Counted from the stretch's first letter, positions 1 to 9,018 are shown. The stretch: DNA of 11,334 nt from an uncultured Nitrososphaeraceae archaeon (GCA_963765895.1 CAVXZB010000040.1:1-11334), one strand, 5' to 3'. Numbers and translations are program-made. The notes: generated by a model not told the origin, from the sequence alone.

Positions 1-489
1 AACTTCGATTCATATCTATACAATGTATAATAGATTTGAGTATACCAAGATTATGAACATAAATTATAACGTCTTGATGTATAACAATTGTCTATAAGAA
101 GTGTCTTTATTATATAATTCTGACAGATGCGATGGTAGATGTAGGACTAAAAATGATTTATTCCATAATCTAAGAAATCTACAGTATATTTGCGCGATTT
201 GTATACACAATAAAGTGTTATTGTACTTTTAGAACCATATTAAATAATAAAAGACAATACCTAAGGTATCCCTGGTTATATCCGGGATTATAAGGACTAC
301 GGCGTTTTTATTTTTCTTAACTTTTTGAGACAAGACTAAAACCATATTCAGGAAAAACGCCGGTGATATTATTTAATCCAATTACAACGTAGTTTTCATA
401 GTATATTAATTGTAAAGTGTTAGTGGATTAGATTCATCTTTATATCCACTATGGAAGAATAAGAAATATGACTGCTATTGAAATTTCAT

Positions 490-1274
490 ATGCCTTATTA
501 TGGGTTGCTTACTAACCCGTCTAATGAGATATTGGCTGAAATTAATAAAATTTATCAATTGGGTTTCGACTTGTTGAAATAGCAATAGAAGGACCAGAAG
601 GCAATCCAAAACTAATTGATAAAAACAAAAGTGAAATTATAAAGCTTATACAAAAATTTAATCAAAAACCAATAGGCCATACGGCTTACTGGATAGACTT
701 GTGTTCAGACTATGAATATGTCCGACACGCATGGATTCTGGAAGCTATGCGTGAAATTAGAACAGCAAAAAAGATAGGCATCGATCTCATTAATGTTCAT
801 GCCAATCTCAATGGAATGTTTTACGGAGAAAAAAGACATGTTCTGTTAGATAATATGATCAAAAGTCTGCGAGAAATTATAGGATGCGCAGAAAGATCTA
901 ACATGAAAGTAATGTTAGAAAATGTTCCCCTATCAAATGGGATACACGGTGTAAATGAATTCAAATATATTATTGATAACGTAGATTCGTTACTAGTTCA
1001 TTTAGATATTCCACACGCTTTTACATCTGGTGGCATGAAATCATACTTGATTATATCTCATTATTTAAGGATAGGATAGTTCACATACACTGGCATGATA
1101 ACCATGGAATGAAGGACGAACATCTTGCGATTGGGGAAGGCTGGATAGATCATTATAAAGCGGTCAAAGCTTTGAAAGACATCAATTATGATGGAACAAT
1201 TACTCTGGAGGTTTTTACCAGTAACGAATGATGCTAAACGTTCAGCACATAAGCTTAGAACCTTGTTCCTTTGA
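490..1274 (+). pseudogene. Sugar-phosphate isomerase/epimerase (xylose isomerase-like TIM barrel, AP endonuclease 2 family), three frameshifts
   Basis: Manual reconstruction: ATG 490 MPYYGLLTNPSNEILAEINKIYQLGFD; missing base at ~571, then VEIAIEGPEGNP...IGHTAYWIDLCS running into ORF 699-1079 (LENVP, HLDIPHA); missing base at ~1043, then LDYISLFKDRIVHIHWHDNHGMKDEHLAIGEGWID...YDGTITLEVFTS; extra base at ~1223, then NDAKRSAHKLRTLFL* (TGA 1272-1274). The family metal-binding motifs LEN, DxxH, HxHD, H-L-x-x-G-x-G and LE are all present. Confidence 0.9.
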
Positions 1275-1595
1275 AAAGTGCACACATTGGGATTCAGCAG
1301 TAGTTTTGGATGCGCACGACGTCATGAGATGTATTAAAACCTACAATCAACCGTACCTGTAGAATCAAAAATAATGCAACAATAACAGCACAGCACAGAT
1401 ACTAAATTTGAGTAAAGGGAATAGCCAAATGCTTGTCTTCGCAACACTTTTACATGGCTCTGATTAAAAATATGGCAGAATTGAAAAATGCAGTTAGAGA
1501 TGAAATAGACATACTTTAGATGGCCAATACACGTAGTGTTAAACCCGAGTCTAATGAATATCTTTCCTATCTCTAAATTTAATTATATCTTCACT

Positions 1596-2045
1596 CTATG
1601 ATCGCTCTATATTCTTTATATCCTCTTCCAGGGTTTTTTCTGTAATACTATGAATCGATCGACTTAGTAGTTTTTCTAATAATCCATAATGGAGCTCTCC
1701 ATCCAATTTTATTTGTGTATTTTCTGGACCTATTTCTTTGCATCTGATAGTCGTCAAGCTCCCTTTTCCATTTCCATCTATCGTTTCAATCCTGATAGAA
1801 TTTTCCGGCGCCATTTTGGTTAGTCTATTCATAGATTTTATCTTCTTGCCATGAAATGAGCCTTCCTGCTCAAATTCTATACTAAAGTCGCTATCATTAT
1901 TGCTTACAGTTTTTTTATCTATGACCCTAACATTTTTGATATATTCTGGATGTAAGCGTGGTAACTCTTCTACATTCATGAAATATTTCAAGACACGTGG
2001 GACAGACGCTCGAACTTCCCTACTAAGATCTATTCGAACCGTCAT
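1596..2045 (-). CDS. SRPBCC/START-like (polyketide cyclase/dehydrase) family protein
   Basis: Intact 149-aa ORF with an N-terminal 'SREVRASVPRVLKYFMNVEELPRLHP' pattern, an alternating beta-strand core and a C-terminal amphipathic helix ('TEKTLEEDIKNIE'); size and layout are typical of SRPBCC. Confidence 0.8.
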   Translation of the reverse strand: MTVRIDLSREVRASVPRVLKYFMNVEELPRLHPEYIKNVRVIDKKTVSNNDSDFSIEFEQEGSFHGKKIKSMNRLTKMAPENSIRIETIDGNGKGSLTTIRCKEIGPENTQIKLDGELHYGLLEKLLSRSIHSITEKTLEEDIKNIERS

Positions 2046-2279
2046 GACTACATCTCTATGTTAATTATAGTTATCCTTCTATATTAAAGATTTTAACCAA
2101 TTATTTCTGTGAATTAGAATATTATCAAGTTAGCAAATGGACTGTTTGATCAATACATATTAGTAACTAGGATCTTGGTCGAAGGATATGCTTTTAAATC
2201 CTTTGTCGAATTAGTTAACAAGGTTAATCAATCCTATTTAACTTCGTTTAGTTAAATATATCAAGATAGAAATAAAAAG

Positions 2280-2480
2280 ATGTCGTTATCTGACAATACT
2301 TCATCACAACTACTAGGGAATGGAACAATATCTAAAGATAAAAAACAAATTGTTATGAATCTATACGAATCTGGCATCGCTGAGGAATTTATTGCCATGC
2401 AGCTTGATTTAGAGATTCCAACAGTTATCAGAATCTTGAAAGAATATGATATTTACAAAGTATATTCCGGGGAAAAGTGA
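2280..2480 (+). CDS. Small hypothetical protein with a helix-turn-helix-like segment
   Basis: Intact 66-aa ORF; 'IVMNLYESGIAEEFIAMQLDLEIPTVIRILKE' fits an HTH pattern (L-Y-x-x-G...I-A-x-x-L-x-L...T-V-x-R-I-L). TATA-like TTAAATA at 2252-2258. Confidence 0.7.
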   Translation: MSLSDNTSSQLLGNGTISKDKKQIVMNLYESGIAEEFIAMQLDLEIPTVIRILKEYDIYKVYSGEK

Positions 2481-2594
2481 AATATCTAAATTAAGAAAGC
2501 TTAGTTGATTGCACTATTTCAATTCCTGTATACTGAACTGATTACTACTCATCTTAGCTTTACTCATCATTGAGAATGCTTGTGATGATTATGA

Positions 2595-2869
2595 AATATA
2601 GATAAAGTTACAATGGCGCATGTACACCAAGGCAAGATTGGAGAAAACTGCTCAGTTGCAGTTACTCATAATATTTCAAAAACACTAACTAATGGGCCAG
2701 TAAATAGACAATTAGTGACGAGGTGATATATCTACTAGCAAAATTGAAGGACGGTTGAAAGGAATACAAATATCTAATATGACTAAACTTATGGAAGTAA
2801 CAATGCACATGTAAATGTTCATACTAAATAAATCCGAATGGCGAAATTAGAGGACAGATTTCAAAATAA
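2595..2869 (+). pseudogene. Decayed CHRD-domain protein remnant (5' end lost)
   Basis: Not in the ORF track. Pieces read NIDKVTMAHVHQGKIGENCSVAVT...NGPVNRQLV / GDISTSKIEGRLKGIQISNMTKLME / NNAHVNVHTK / NPNGEIRGQISK*. These match the CHRD hallmarks AHIH-x-G-x-x-G-x-N-G-P and YVNVHT-x-x-x-P-x-GEIRGQ. About three frameshifts (~2720, ~2797, ~2830) and substitutions at conserved positions. Confidence 0.85.
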
Positions 2870-3162
2870 GCGATGCCAAAAATATATAACCTATCAAAAT
2901 AGTCCAAATATTTGCCTGCATCCCCGGCATCTACTACGTTTATGAATTGACTCGCTCAGCTATAATGCACTCAAATGACAAGTCACATGTATTAGATATA
3001 CTATGGTCAAACAATAAAATGTGTAGGCCAATTAGATAAACCAAATTTGACTATTGCCAAATTAGGATATCTTTTCGACACTAATTGTCATAAATTTCCT
3101 AAACCAGGGTATGTACTGGTACTGCTAAAGTACCTTAAACATCATAATGGTGTTATGGTTAA

Positions 3163-3598
3163 TTGCACATATTCATAACAATAATTAACAATGCTAGAGT
3201 GGCCAGACTTGCTACGATTGATTCAGGACTTAAACCATATTTGGTGCCAGTTGTATTTGTATATGACAATGATGGTAGTTATTATATACCAATAGATAAA
3301 AAATTTAAACAGAGCTCAGAACCTGGAAGATTAAAAAGGGTAAAGAATATTGAGGCAAATCCAAATGTTGCCTCGCTCACAGATGAACATACTGAAGAAT
3401 GGGGCGAAACTTTATTTTATTATGATCCAAGGAATAGCTTTATCGGTGTGTAGCAAGTCTGAACAAGATCAAAGTCAAAATCACAGAGAGGACCCATAAA
3501 CTATTGCCGGAAAATATTTTCAGTATCGTGAGGTTGGAATTGGGGAATATATTATATTGATATATCCACAAAAGGTAATTATCTGGAAGAACAAATAA
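3163..3598 (+). pseudogene. PPOX-class probable F420-dependent oxidoreductase (Rv0121-like), three frameshifts
   Basis: ARVARLAT...PYLVPVVFVY...PIDKK.K...LKRVKNIEANPNVA..D...EEW is the split-barrel PPOX signature. It continues after shifts at ~3401 (AKLYFIMIQGIA), ~3492 (HKLLPE) and ~3513 (YFQYREVGIGEYIILIYPQKVIIWKNK*, TAA 3596-3598). Start codon uncertain. Confidence 0.85.
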
Positions 3599-3764
3599 AC
3601 TATGTTAAATTTGATATCGATAATACTATTTTTGTACAGCTTATAGTATCAATAAATTTTTGAGCTCAAATTATCGGGTATAAAAGGACTGTTGTTGGGA
3701 CTAATCAAATCAACTAGAAGATAACCTACGATGTACTTTTAAGTTTGCTCGGCCTAGCTAGCCT

Positions 3765-3890
3765 ATGAATAATCAAATTAATTCATTTTTTAGGTGTAAA
3801 AAAGGTAAAAAAGAGGAAGCTGAAGTTTTTAACATCCTAGGTGATTATTGCGCTGAATGCTGGAATGAGATTACTCATCCTAATGTTTAG
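3765..3890 (+). CDS. 41-aa Cys microprotein (putative zinc-finger, CxxG...CxxCW)
   Basis: Below the ORF-track cutoff. MNNQINSFFRCKKGKKEEAEVFNILGDYCAECWNEITHPNV*, with TATA-like TTTTAAG at 3737-3743 just upstream of the ATG. Confidence 0.6.
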   Translation: MNNQINSFFRCKKGKKEEAEVFNILGDYCAECWNEITHPNV

Positions 3891-4293
3891 ACAGATAATA
3901 CCACAACTAGCCAGTGACAGCCTAGACAGCAAACGGTAAACGAATGCCTTAGCATATTACAAGAAAAGCAATCGCTAACCTTCGAAGATTTGATAAAGCA
4001 AGCCTGCAAAGGTAGCAGACTACATAGGAGACAAGTATCTAATGAAATACAATATAAAACTCCGGCTTTAATATACGACTATCGAACAAGGACAAAAATT
4101 AGATTTTCGGATCTAATTTTATCATTGTCGTGGTCCTAACCAGTAGCTAAGCGATATCTCCTAGCTTACTGCCATGTGATAGTAAGCCAGACAATACCAG
4201 CAATCGCTTACCACAAAATTATAGTAACCGATATCTAATATAGGAAAAATATAGCTAGCTCGGACACGTAATTACTATATAGAGTATACTACA

Positions 4294-4594
4294 ATGTTGA
4301 CAGCAGCAGATGTAGTTATGATGGATATCGTCCTCGAAGAGAACAAGCAGAGGAATCAAACAGTCGATAGAATGAGAGCTACCAAGTCAAGGAATAGGAA
4401 TTCAATACAGAAGCAAGCAGAGACCCTCGACCCAATAGAAACAACAGAACCAGAGGTACGACCTACTGAAGAGAAAGATAGTGACGTTTGTCATTGCTCC
4501 TAAACCCAAACAGAATACCAAGACCATTAAGAATAACAACAACAAGAACTCTGATAGTGTCGTTGATTCTCCCGGTACCGAGCACACCCGCTAA
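4294..4594 (+). CDS. Hypothetical low-complexity charged protein, possibly frameshifted
   Basis: ORF 4294-4503. Removing one T at ~4489 extends it with similar composition (VIAPKPKQNTKTIKNNNNKNSDSVVDSPGTEHTR*, TAA 4592-4594). No family recognised. Confidence 0.4.
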
Positions 4595-5178
4595 CATAGT
4601 GTTGACGCTAGTAATTGAATTTACTGCATCATCCATATAGAAGAAGATTCTAATTGCTGATGATTAGAAACGAAGTGCTATTTCGTTGTCAATAACTTAG
4701 GTATATGACCTTGGCTGAGGTAAGGATCTTAGGTTAGTTTTATCATCAATATACCTTGCTTTTGATAGGAAATACTTGAGTTGAAAACAAAAACATGATG
4801 AGCTGATGTTATTGGTGGTATGAGAATCTTGCGGGGCCCATAATTGAGCTACACATGAACCTTTGTCCTATCAACATCTATGCCCATCGAACGAAGTATG
4901 GCTCTCCAAGTGATACCTCAATTTAGAAAATGTTTATAATTTGGCGCGCCACACAACTGTATTAGAAGAGATTTTTCCGATATGATCATACTGGGCGTTT
5001 CAAGAATCCAATACTGTCTGATGTGTTAAAACTTACTGGTGATTTACTAAATTAAATACATTGGTTTACATCCATTAATTGCTACTACCTATCGATATCA
5101 ATTTATGAGCACCTTATAGCACCTTAAATATTGCATCCATATTTAACTAGCGTACGCCGACCGGCCAAGAGTCTTATT

Positions 5179-5298
5179 TTAGTGCTCAAAAACAGATTCT
5201 AGTAGGTCAAGGCAATGTTGACATCCTTCCTTATCTGCATGTTTTTGAACCATATCTAGAAGTTTAAGCAAATCTTTTACTACCTCACTTTTGGTCAT
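5179..5298 (-). CDS. 39-aa helical microprotein with a CxxC motif
   Basis: MTKSEVVKDLLKLLDMVQKHADKEGCQHCLDLLESVFEH*, with amphipathic helix periodicity around CQHC. Could extend 5' (MTDIENEKNHTTIK...) if one A near 5303 is spurious. Confidence 0.45.
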   Translation of the reverse strand: MTKSEVVKDLLKLLDMVQKHADKEGCQHCLDLLESVFEH

Positions 5299-5389
5299 TA
5301 ACTTTAATGGTGGTATGATTTTTCTCATTTTCTATATCAGTCATTAGTTTCATCATTGGAATGGTGATCAATGGTAACCTGCACATACG

Positions 5390-5430
5390 CCTTGCTTAGC
5401 CTCTGCATTTAAGCCAGAGGCTAAGCAAGG
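5390..5430. repeat. Perfect 16-bp inverted repeat with 9-nt loop
   Basis: CCTTGCTTAGCCTCTG (5390-5405), loop CATTTAAGC, CAGAGGCTAAGCAAGG (5415-5430). The arms are exact reverse complements, followed by TTTT on the + strand. Confidence 0.95.
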
Positions 5431-5433
5431 TTT

Positions 5434-5707
5434 TGCGCCATTCAAGAGTATTATAGGGTAACCTTTGCCAAGCATTTTGTACGCAACATCAATATCTCCT
5501 ACATGGACTTTTTTTTAATTGGATATTTTGCGTATTTACTGAATTCGTAGTATTAGAATTCGTTTGGTTCGAATCTCGTTGACCATATATTGCTTTGATA
5601 GTGTCAAGATAACCATAGTTACTAATTGATGAGATTGAGATAACAAGAGTAGATATCACGACAATAATGACTAGATAATCTTTCCTAACAAGTCTGTGAC
5701 TCGGCAC
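5434..5707 (-). pseudogene. N-terminal fragment of a membrane-anchored/secreted alpha/beta hydrolase
   Basis: Hydrophobic N-terminus and N/T-rich linker (ORF 5489-5707). After an extra A in the A-run at ~5509-5516 it reads KKVHVGDIDVAYKMLGKGYPIILLNGA, the classic first strands of the alpha/beta hydrolase fold. Similarity stops at the hairpin, so the catalytic domain is missing. TATA-like TTAAATA on the minus strand at ~5730-5736. Confidence 0.8.
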
Positions 5708-6041
5708 GACCCTACAAATGCTGTGAAGTATTTAAGTGATTACTATTTATACCAGCGCGCTGACTGCCCGTTAAGATTGAGTTGATATGTCGATATTTAT
5801 TACACCCAAGATACCCGGGTTATTTCTACCTAAGGAAAAATTTGGGTGTGCAATTTATATGATATACAATAGACAGTGAGAGAGTTATAATAGAATTCAA
5901 AAACATCCCAGATATCCAACGTTCACAATCTTATGGCAAGAGGAAAAGAGGGGTTCATATAGCAGTATAAAAACTCTACGTAGTTTCTTTAATTCCACTT
6001 ATTAGTCTAATTAAACTCTGGTTGGTAAGATAGACTAAGGC

Positions 6042-6368
6042 TTGGTGCTAGAAGACAAAGATATACTACAAGTTGATGCCACAATAATTACCGGTATACT
6101 AATTATGCTTAGCGTTACAGGCTTTATTGGATCTGGCGTTGGCAAGACCAGTTTTACAGGTCTGGCGGGCCTCGTCTCCATTGTATTAATTCCATTTAGT
6201 GTATCTGCAGTTTTGGTAGTTCAGTTAGAACGCATGAAGCCGTCTTATGGGCGCCGCATCAAATCGATAAGTTTGACTCTTATGGAATTCGGGTTTATCG
6301 CTCTTATTTTTCTATTTATATTATACTTCTTGTTCCCCGAAATCCAATTACAGTTTCATTTGAAATAA
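6042..6368 (+). CDS. Small integral membrane protein (about 3 TM helices), unknown function
   Basis: Intact 108-aa ORF with three hydrophobic stretches (ATIITGILIMLSVTGFIG; LAGLVSIVLIPFSVSAVLVV; FGFIALIFLFILYFLF) and a basic loop. Start is TTG 6042 or GTG 6045. Confidence 0.7.
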   Translation: MVLEDKDILQVDATIITGILIMLSVTGFIGSGVGKTSFTGLAGLVSIVLIPFSVSAVLVVQLERMKPSYGRRIKSISLTLMEFGFIALIFLFILYFLFPEIQLQFHLK

Positions 6369-6600
6369 ATATAAGGAAGTTTCGTCTCGTAGTTTGAAGA
6401 AATGAAGTCGGTTGCTGGGGATAGGGGTCTAACCAACAACCTATAGGAGATACATGTGACCTAACCTAACGTAACTGGTTCGATATCACCAGGAACCGCG
6501 ATCTCATAACTTATGGTCTATGTCACGAGACATTTGTATTCATATAGGATCTTTTTTCCAGATTCTAAGTACTGATTATTTTTATATTTGAGAGCCATTC

Positions 6601-7507
6601 ATGCAGATTGAGCAACATTCTTTGTATTCAAATTATAGTACCAATTTAAAACTGGCTACGATAGTGTTAGCATTGCTAGCTTCAATATCTTCTTTGAGTT
6701 TGTCGTTAAATGTCTTCCCTATACTCACTTTCAACAAATATGCTTTTGCGGCAGCAGAACCCGGTACTACCAAACTATAAAGGAGATTACCGACCTAATG
6801 AACCATCTAAAGTGGCCGATAGTCGAAACAATTCGACTTCAAACGAGATACAACCTACAGCTCTTGCTCATTACCACCCCATTACTCCAACTGTCTTGCA
6901 TTACTCGAGCAAATTTGATAACGGAGGTATGAACAGTATTCCAAAGTTAGGAACGAGCACAAATAACCTAACTAACTCTTATAGTCTGGTGCAGCCTGTT
7001 TCGCTAGCACACTATCAACCTATTACTCCTGCAGCTTCACAGGATCCCGCTAGCAGTACTGGCCAAAGCGACTCTGGCTCCCATGGATCATCATCGGATG
7101 CGGATAACGGTAATAACTACAATGAAGATAGTAGTCACTATAGTAGTAATGACAATGGTAACAATGACAATGCTTACTATAATAACGACCACCAAAAATC
7201 ATCGTCATCAGATCATAGCTATAATAATCATAATAGTGGAGGCAACGGCATTCACAGTGTTGGCCACCATGGAAGCACTTACCATGGTAATGAGGAGGAT
7301 GGAAACGCAATTATTATCTCTTCGAGTAATAATTATGAGAATTTCGGAGATAACAATCACGGACATAGCCATTATCATGGATCTGATAACGATAACGGGG
7401 ATGATGGGGGCGTTTCTATAACGTCTGATGGTGGTGCGTTTGCTTCAGATGGTGGAGGTGCGTTTGCCTCCGCCGGCGGAGGGGGTGCGTTTGCCTCCGT
7501 TGGTTGA
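6601..7507 (+). CDS. Secreted low-complexity His/Asn/Asp/Gly/Ser-rich protein, split by a single +1 frameshift
   Basis: ATG 6601 encodes MQIEQHSLYSNYSTNLKLATIVLALLASISSLSLSLNVFPILTFNKYAFA (signal peptide-like, A-x-A site). Removing one G at 6750/6751 joins it to QQNPVLPNY... of ORF 6710-7507. Confidence 0.7.
7427..7504 (+). repeat. Three coding tandem repeats GGTGCGTTTGC(T/C)TC encoding GGAFASxG
   Basis: DGGAFAS-DGGGAFAS-AGGGGAFAS-VG* read directly; units of 24-27 nt. Confidence 0.85.
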
Positions 7508-8664
7508 TTGGAATTCGATTCAAAACGATCTTTGAGAACGTGATGGCGCGAGTTTGTATTTTTGAAGAAGCGAGGAGCCAATTCCTAGAAATTTATTTAA
7601 CATGGTATTTTCCTAATGAGCCTTTAATCATGGCATTACCGCTATCACAACATAAGATCATTGAATGGTTAACTGATAAAATATCGAGGGATTCTAGCTT
7701 AACTAGAGGAGCACTCCTAGATGGACTCAACAGCAGATATTATTAAATAATATTGAGTCGGATTTTGACAATGCTGGCCATAGCAGTTGATAAGGGCGAG
7801 TAAAAATAATTGAAAAAAATTGGCAGTGCAAAGACCAGGCTATGCTGTAAGACAATGATCACGAGTAGGATTGCCGCTATCTAGCCCGGCACCATGTTTT
7901 ATGAGGACAGTGGCCATCTTAGTATGATGTAAGCCAGGATAATGCGCTTGCGCTATCTAGAATAGGAACATTATATTGAACCTATGCCATGGTTAGGAGT
8001 TCATTTAGGATTGTAAATTACATCCAAAGACACCTGGCTGAGGAGGAATAGTGCACTGTAGAAGCTTGCTATTATTGGTAGTACATTACTAACGTTGTCT
8101 CCTAGCATAGATAAATTGCATCAACGTCCTGGGACGTCAATCTACACCTAGGAGTCCTGCTTATATCGCATCATACTGCTTCTATGAAGATGTAATTTCA
8201 AAATACAACAACTATCCTAGAACAATGTGTGACCTTTTAGTAATAGACATTCTGAGGGTATTTGGATTTGATGATCTTAAAGGTAGATTTTTCGCCACTA
8301 TGTTCTAGTGGTATTTTGTTTATCAGAAAACCAGTAGTATTATTCTTATCCTTTAGCTGTTGTATTATTGGCTTAGTCTCTATTTTGGAACTAATATGCT
8401 ACTTATTTTCTTTTGAATTGTGAATCACACATAATTGTAACATAGTAAATATATAAAAACGGTGGTATTTTCATACATAGTCAGTCATCATGATCACACC
8501 AACAAATTAGAATCTAACTTGATAGGAATTAATTACTGCTACTGAGTGTGCATGCCTATTCATAATTCTTATTGAGCGAATTTTAAATGCACTCTCCAGA
8601 ATTTGATTTTATGTTCATCTAATATGATAATTATTATGACTATGATAACATAACGATGGCATTA

Positions 8665-9018
8665 TTATCGGAATTTAGTTTTTTGTAATTGTGGTGACTT
8701 CCAGCGGCTTGCCCATTTTCCCAATTCAGTCATGATAATTTCTAGCTCCCTTGCTTGTGGCGTCATACGATATTCTACTTTCGGAGGTATTTCAGCATAA
8801 ATTTTCTTAGAGATAAGACCTTCACGTTCGAGCTCTAATAGCCTGTCTGATAAAACAGTACTACTTATTCCTGGCAGAGCCCTTTTTAATTCGTTGAAGC
8901 GAATGACATCTCTATCGCAAAGATTCTTTAGAACTAATAATGACCATCGTCTTCCCAGAACTTCCCAAATATTGGCTATCTCACATTCCTGAGTCTGTAC
9001 TCTGCTGTGTTCCTTCAT
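8665..9018 (-). CDS. HxlR/DUF24-family winged-helix transcriptional regulator
   Basis: Intact 117 aa with C-x-I-x-x-x-x-x-VLGRRWSLLVL, RFNELKRALPGISSTVLSDRLLELEREGLI and YAEIPPKVEY, the canonical HxlR motifs. N-terminal Cys12. Confidence 0.93.
   Translation of the reverse strand: MKEHSRVQTQECEIANIWEVLGRRWSLLVLKNLCDRDVIRFNELKRALPGISSTVLSDRLLELEREGLISKKIYAEIPPKVEYRMTPQARELEIIMTELGKWASRWKSPQLQKTKFR

Noticed and set aside
1061-1285. 74-aa minus-strand ORF
   Set aside because: Antisense shadow of the frameshifted 3' part of the TIM-barrel gene.
4402-4587. 61-aa hydrophobic minus-strand ORF
   Set aside because: Its hydrophobicity is what the antisense of an A-rich + strand frame produces; no independent support.
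5108-5126. Direct repeat AGCACCTTA x2
   Set aside because: Two 9-bp copies separated by one base; too short to support a TSD, iteron or CRISPR call.
4620-5140. Possible decayed coding sequence on the minus strand
   Set aside because: Short stop-interrupted peptides with no family I can recognise.
7050-7581. ORFs 7050-7310 (-), 7083-7421 (+) and 7375-7581 (-), including Cys/His/Tyr-rich and EANAPPP repeats
   Set aside because: Alternate-frame or antisense products of the low-complexity gene. The synonymous divergence pattern and signal peptide support the 6710-7507 frame.
7504-7746. 80-aa ORF with TTG start overlapping the upstream stop
   Set aside because: No motif or compositional support; cannot be excluded but not supportable.
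7750-8640. Long ORF-free region with hydrophobic peptide fragments on the minus strand
   Set aside because: May be an eroded membrane-protein gene, but no recognisable motif, repeat array or RNA fold was found.
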